Assembly (NCBI RefSeq): GCF_028368995.1
Contig: NZ_JAQNDL010000003.1
Span: forward strand, 1,024,001 to 1,088,000
DNA: 64,000 bases
Reading direction: 5' to 3'
Source: Nannocystis bainbridge
GTDB taxonomy: Bacteria > Myxococcota_A > Polyangia > Nannocystales > Nannocystaceae
Part shown: piece after piece, positions 60,501 through 64,000 of the stretch
Layout: each line of letters starts with the position of its first letter
How positions within the stretch are numbered: the stretch's first letter is position 1
Program-made: the position numbers and the translations under genes
Notes under the pieces: generated by a model
Seen by the model: the letters and a program-made list of their open reading frames with translations, nothing else
Database searches by the model: none
What the model was told of the DNA's origin: nothing

Positions 60501-61092
60501 GGCGGCGCTTGCTGAGCAGCTTGAGCTCCGCGAGCCACGACTTGCGCAGGTCCTCGCGGTGCGCGAGCGCGTGCGGGACCTCGACGAACACCGCCTGGCC
60601 CGGCGCGCTGAACAGCCGCGGCCGGTCCTCCGGCGCCGCGCTGGCGTCGGCGCCCTTGACCGGGCCGTTATGATCGTACTCCGGCAGGCGCTTCGGGTGC
60701 GGCCCGCCGAGCAGGCGCGTCTTGCCCTGGCCCTGCAGGCCGAGCACCGCCACCCACGGGGCGTCGGCGCTGGCGCTGACGAGGCGCGGGCGCGCCGGCG
60801 CGGTGGCCCGCTGGTGGCGCTCGACGTGCTTGAGCGTGGCCGCGACGTCGCGCAGCCGGTTAGCGAAGTCGAGCTGCTCCTGGCTGGCCTTGGGGTTGGC
60901 CTTGTCGACCGCGGCCTTCTTGGCGCGCAGGAAGCTGACGAAGGTGATGATGCCGGCGATGATCACCACCACCGCCATCAGCGCCGCCGTCCACCACACG
61001 TACTCCTGCGGCAGCTTGAGGTAGCGGACCGCGGCGACGACGGCGGCGATCGCCGCGCCGGCGAACGTCAGGACGTAGATCATCCCCTTCAC
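57529..61092 (-). CDS. tssM: T6SS membrane core protein TssM (IcmF)
   Basis: Two N-terminal TMs, GLQGQGKT Walker A, PVFLVVTRLDRLSGF, LRGVFLTSAMQ, GRYPF, GEWGLFELL. GTGA overlap with tssL. Confidence 0.9.
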   Translation of the reverse strand: MKGMIYVLTFAGAAIAAVVAAVRYLKLPQEYVWWTAALMAVVVIIAGIITFVSFLRAKKAAVDKANPKASQEQLDFANRLRDVAATLKHVERHQRATAPARPRLVSASADAPWVAVLGLQGQGKTRLLGGPHPKRLPEYDHNGPVKGADASAAPEDRPRLFSAPGQAVFVEVPHALAHREDLRKSWLAELKLLSKRRQPLHAIVVCVAADDLVSASDPIARAGEIGDLLAAEVSDLVTSLQVHAPVFLVVTRLDRLSGFGDVLGAFETLTSPLGFELPDGRSEELAVKELRSRFDALAGWLDRRALRLLSRFREPDPPRQGRIYTLVQQIAGMQEPLAAIAQRLLAARGGDPVRLRGVFLTSAMQDGEPVVDAVLENLARKTRGSFTPAAADPVPSKRIFTEELIGTHVLRAGGLARRTSRSLQRSTVKRVVVGASLGLVGLYIALDAAGAAGRNRDLNQQTADASAVASAELGGRRRVPVESGKIVPLRELLARWEDEGGGDVDHVREWGLFRDEVVPPLRGFYKDAMFAGVTSTLRDKAEAELRDFAARFESPELIPDIEDRVRNRLSLRFYLLVTGDKKNYEMQPISGESKFLRETLRIRWSGSARTQTGTAEYGAIERAVDKYIDLAQDSDFNLPRDPLLIEQVQEILKREDSVRAEVDKIVDEVNGIQELAKINLRTLTGLPDLENDGTEVRPAFTIEGWAYVKRELASALEADSWVLGLDQAQASQRQRRRGAEMRTEYFKMYMEEWRRFIQRTRIAPPTSLDEGKRLMGELVKGPRLPLWRVFAELKRHSEIVDDYDYGDNKSLLALLSKDKDKNTGGLVKADAVRREFARLVLFAVAPEGKEGMAGLDQYHGRLKELRDAIGKALENKEEEKALVEQLRGAIDFTKSLVQDAELDTWTAGTTKLLVTPLEELLRMLVRDQGTGAVADWCARIVDPMYERFNGRYPFAADSRSDAAVADFEEFFHPENGFIRKAREELLSGYVVLEGNTVELRDRGRNDGPKLDAGVIRFLNRAQDIGTVFFQNEELRVDFEMILACNPQVSKVEVTVEGKKIEFACGNEKPTLLRWPGKEEHGASLKAYGRQTNKVLAMSGEWGLFELLEKPPSTVPEFKGDEVIGFRFDMTSYNLGQLDVRVRPRRVRGGTAFFGLPNGNKQFLSLVRAADVLPPKRLFTNMTPCGGS

Positions 61093-61757
61093 GGCACGCC
61101 CTCCTGCAGTCGGCCGGCCAGCGCCTCGGCGTCTTCGGACAGCTCGCTCTCGTAGCCGCACAGCAGCGCGACCGAGAACAGCAGCGCGAGCGCGCCGAGC
61201 CAGAGCGCCAGGTTACTGGTGTGGCCCGGCCGCTTCCACTCGGCCTCGGCCGGGGCCGGCAGGCCGTCCTCGAACGCCAGCCGGTCCTTCAGCTTGTCCT
61301 CGACGCGGCGACACAATTGGTCGAAGCCCTTCTCGTTCGAGCGGGCGACGTACTTGCCGCGGAAGCCGAGGAACAGGCAGGTCGCGTACACCTGCAGCAC
61401 GTCGAGCGCGTCCTCGTCGTCGCGGCGGGCGCCGAGCAGCTTCTCGAGGTGGACGAAGAAATTCTCGCCGGCCCGGACCTCGTTGAAGTAGTCGCGCTGC
61501 AGCAGGTGGTCGACCCAAAAGTCGGCGACCGGACCCGGGGTGGCCTGGGCGACCTCGTCGATGAAGGCCACCAGCGCGTACTTGATGAGCCGGGCGTTCT
61601 CGGCCCCGAACCCGACCTTGCGCGCCGCGGCCTCGGTCGCCTCGACCTGGTCGACCGCGCTGCGGTGGAGCGTCGCCACGTCGGTGACGCCCTCGGGCTG
61701 GTTCAGCAGGAGCGCGTGGTCGAAGCAGACCCGCGTCACCTCGTAGATCCGGTGCAT
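61089..61757 (-). CDS. tssL: T6SS TssL (DotU)
   Basis: YALVAFIDE, LQRDYF...AGENFF, CLFLGFRGKY, C-terminal TM. Confidence 0.92.
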   Translation of the reverse strand: MHRIYEVTRVCFDHALLLNQPEGVTDVATLHRSAVDQVEATEAAARKVGFGAENARLIKYALVAFIDEVAQATPGPVADFWVDHLLQRDYFNEVRAGENFFVHLEKLLGARRDDEDALDVLQVYATCLFLGFRGKYVARSNEKGFDQLCRRVEDKLKDRLAFEDGLPAPAEAEWKRPGHTSNLALWLGALALLFSVALLCGYESELSEDAEALAGRLQEGVP

Positions 61758-61760
61758 GCG

Positions 61761-63125
61761 CTAGTCCTCCCGCGCCAAGATCCCCATGAGCGTGACCTTG
61801 GCCCGCCGCGGGTCGTAGGGCGGCTTGATGTAGATGGCGATGGTCCGCTCGTTGAGGATCTCGCGCCAGTGCGGGTCGTCGGTGGTGACGAGGAAGTAGA
61901 CCTGCCGCGGACGGATTGGGATCTCGGGCGGCGGGCGGTGAGCGGTCTTCAGCGGCACGCCGAGCACGTTGTTCTTCACGACCAGCGGGATGCGCTTCCA
62001 GCTGGCGATCTTGGCCAGCTCGGGCACCTCGTTGGCGACCTGCTGCTGCTCGCCCTCGGCCTCGACCGCGAGCACCCACTGCGTGCAGCGCTGCAGCCGA
62101 TCGTCGCGCAGCTCGCCGATCCACGAGTTGTCCTGGCGGGCCCGCAGCGGCACCGTCACGAACGCCTCCTGGATCACGAGGCCGAGCAGCCGCTTGATCT
62201 CATTGGTCAGCTTGCCGAACGCGCCCTGCAGGTCGTTGTACTGGAACGCCGGCAGCTCGGCCGGGTCGCCCTCCGACGAGAACGTCATCAGCGAGCCGCA
62301 CAGCCGCGACAGCTCGACGTAGACCGGCCACGGCGAGGTCGCGGGCGCCTCGCTGAAGTGCTTGAGCACCGGGATCGCGCCGCTCAGCGTCTGCAAAAAC
62401 AGGTAGCGCGTGATGTCCTGGGCGTTGAACTCGATGCGCACGCCGTCGCGGGTGCGCCGCTCCTCGGCCAGCCGGCGCCGCTTGGTCACCGAGAGGCTGA
62501 GCAGGTCCTGCAGCGCGGCCAGCAGCGCCGGCGCGGCGCCGATCGTCAGGCACGGCGGGATGTACTCGTCGTTGAGGCGGAACCCGCCGGTCTCGTCGCG
62601 CACGACCTCGGCGACCTTGATCGCGGCGTAGTCGTCGCGCGGCTCGCTGCCGAACAGCAGCACCAGGTTCGGCTCGCTGAACTGCAGCTCGCGCTCGCTG
62701 CGAGCCATCGTCAGGTCGAACACGTTGCGCGTGACCGTCTTGTAGCGCTGCAGCCCCGCGGTGACCTCGGCGCCGGCGTAGTTGGCCACGCCCTCGCGCA
62801 TCGTCGGCAGCGCCAGGAACACCTCGACCGAGCGCATGCTCGGCGGGAACGCCGGCGCGATCGGTCGGCTCGCCGGGCGGCTCTGGCTGGTCGCCTCGAA
62901 CATCACCGCGGTCCCGTCGGGCAGGACGCCGCGGAAGTTGGTGAGCGCGAGCTGGCCCGCCTTGATCGCGCCGGCGTCGAACGAGATCGCCGCGACGCCC
63001 CACGACAGCGCGGTCATCACCCCCAGCCGCGCCGCCAGGTTCTGCTCGTGATACAGGTCCTGCTGCTGCATGTGCTGCGGGCACAGCAGCATCCCCTCGT
63101 TCCACACGGGTCGTCCGCTCAGCAT
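61761..63125 (-). CDS. tssK: T6SS baseplate protein TssK
   Basis: VWNEGMLLCPQHMQQQD, WGV, GVLPDGT, YIPPCL. Confidence 0.93.
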   Translation of the reverse strand: MLSGRPVWNEGMLLCPQHMQQQDLYHEQNLAARLGVMTALSWGVAAISFDAGAIKAGQLALTNFRGVLPDGTAVMFEATSQSRPASRPIAPAFPPSMRSVEVFLALPTMREGVANYAGAEVTAGLQRYKTVTRNVFDLTMARSERELQFSEPNLVLLFGSEPRDDYAAIKVAEVVRDETGGFRLNDEYIPPCLTIGAAPALLAALQDLLSLSVTKRRRLAEERRTRDGVRIEFNAQDITRYLFLQTLSGAIPVLKHFSEAPATSPWPVYVELSRLCGSLMTFSSEGDPAELPAFQYNDLQGAFGKLTNEIKRLLGLVIQEAFVTVPLRARQDNSWIGELRDDRLQRCTQWVLAVEAEGEQQQVANEVPELAKIASWKRIPLVVKNNVLGVPLKTAHRPPPEIPIRPRQVYFLVTTDDPHWREILNERTIAIYIKPPYDPRRAKVTLMGILARED

Positions 63126-63144
63126 CGCGTAATCCTCTCCAGTC

Positions 63145-63921
63145 CTAGCGTCCGGGCAGCTTCGGGGCGGTCGGCGCCGTCGGCTTCGACGGCATGCTCG
63201 GCGCCGATGGGGTGCTCGGCGTCGACGGGGTCGTCGGCGTCGTCGGCGTCTTGGGCATCTGCGGCGTCTTCGGCACCTTCGGCACCTCGGCCTTCTTCTT
63301 CTTCTTCTTCGGCTTCTTCTTGGCGGTCGAAGGCGCCGCGCACACGGTCTCGAAGGTCGACAGCTCGAAGCCCGACGGCGCGAACGCCCCGCCGGCCAGC
63401 TCGCTGCGCTCGAGCGAGACGTAGAGGCACGGCAGCCGCGGCTCCTCGTCCTCGGCCACCGCGGCGCACTGGTCCTCGCGGGTGTTCGGCGGCACCGCCA
63501 TCGAGGCGTACCAGGCCGAGCCGATCTTCTCGCGGAACTGGGCCACGACCACCAGGTGCGTGGTGTTCGGCTTGAGCGCGATCGTCATCTTGTCGCGCGT
63601 CAGCTTGTCGTCGGTCGACGGGTAGGCGACCAGCTCGCGCTTGTCGACGTACTCGTCGCCGAACACCTTCTCGCCCTCGTTGGCGATCGCGTCCGGGTCG
63701 AGCGGCTGGTCGAGGCTGGTGATGCCCTTGAGCTGGTAGACCACCAGCGTCGTCGGCCACGACTCGCCGCCCTCGCCGACGTTGACCACGTCGGACACCT
63801 GAACTAGCGCCTGCACGCCCGGCTGGGCCTCGCACGGCGGCTTCGACTCGTCACCGGCCCGGCAGCCGAACGCCGCCGCAGCCAACACCAGCGCCGCGGG
63901 CCACACGACCGCCGACGGCAC
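63145..63921 (-). CDS. tssJ: T6SS lipoprotein TssJ with low-complexity C-terminal tail
   Basis: AFGC lipobox, VN..EGGESWPTTLVVYQLK, VVAQFRE. Directly upstream of tssK. Confidence 0.8.
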   Translation of the reverse strand: MPSAVVWPAALVLAAAAFGCRAGDESKPPCEAQPGVQALVQVSDVVNVGEGGESWPTTLVVYQLKGITSLDQPLDPDAIANEGEKVFGDEYVDKRELVAYPSTDDKLTRDKMTIALKPNTTHLVVVAQFREKIGSAWYASMAVPPNTREDQCAAVAEDEEPRLPCLYVSLERSELAGGAFAPSGFELSTFETVCAAPSTAKKKPKKKKKKAEVPKVPKTPQMPKTPTTPTTPSTPSTPSAPSMPSKPTAPTAPKLPGR

Positions 63922-64000
63922 CCTTCCCTCGCGCCCTGTCACAGCGGCGAAGGTAGCAGAAACCGTCGCAGCTCCAGCACGGCGATTCACCGTGCGCGAC

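Overview
High-GC myxobacterial DNA, most like Nannocystaceae. That is an inference from the Thr/Ser-linker Cys-rich lipoproteins, ADYC-like protein, DUF1552/DUF1592 pair, Hanks kinases and ECF sigmas. Left to right: a 5'-truncated PLD(HxK)-type gene coupled to a SNF2-like helicase (likely defence module); PP2C phosphatase; lipoproteins; orphan ExbD; AHL-lactonase-family MBL; an ECF sigma/anti-sigma/DUF1552-DUF1592 module; MFS-LysR; two paralogous FG-GAP proteins; DUF2239 + GIY-YIG; an apparently intact IS1380-family element; three Ser/Thr kinases; a second ECF; and part of a type VI secretion cluster (tssJ-K-L-M-C-A) with unusual architecture. The strongest signal not explained by genes is a dispersed 14-bp palindrome, TGTCC-N4-GGACA. 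I count 9 perfect copies plus many degenerate ones, as singles, as strictly phased tandem arrays, inside coding linkers (where it forces rare codons) and inside the IS. A bipartite motif TTTTTTTCATCC-N14-GCGCCAC precedes both the ECF sigma gene and the DUF1552 operon and is a candidate ECF promoter. No rRNA, tRNA or CRISPR array was recognised. Start codons were chosen by eye and family calls come from motif recognition, not database searches.
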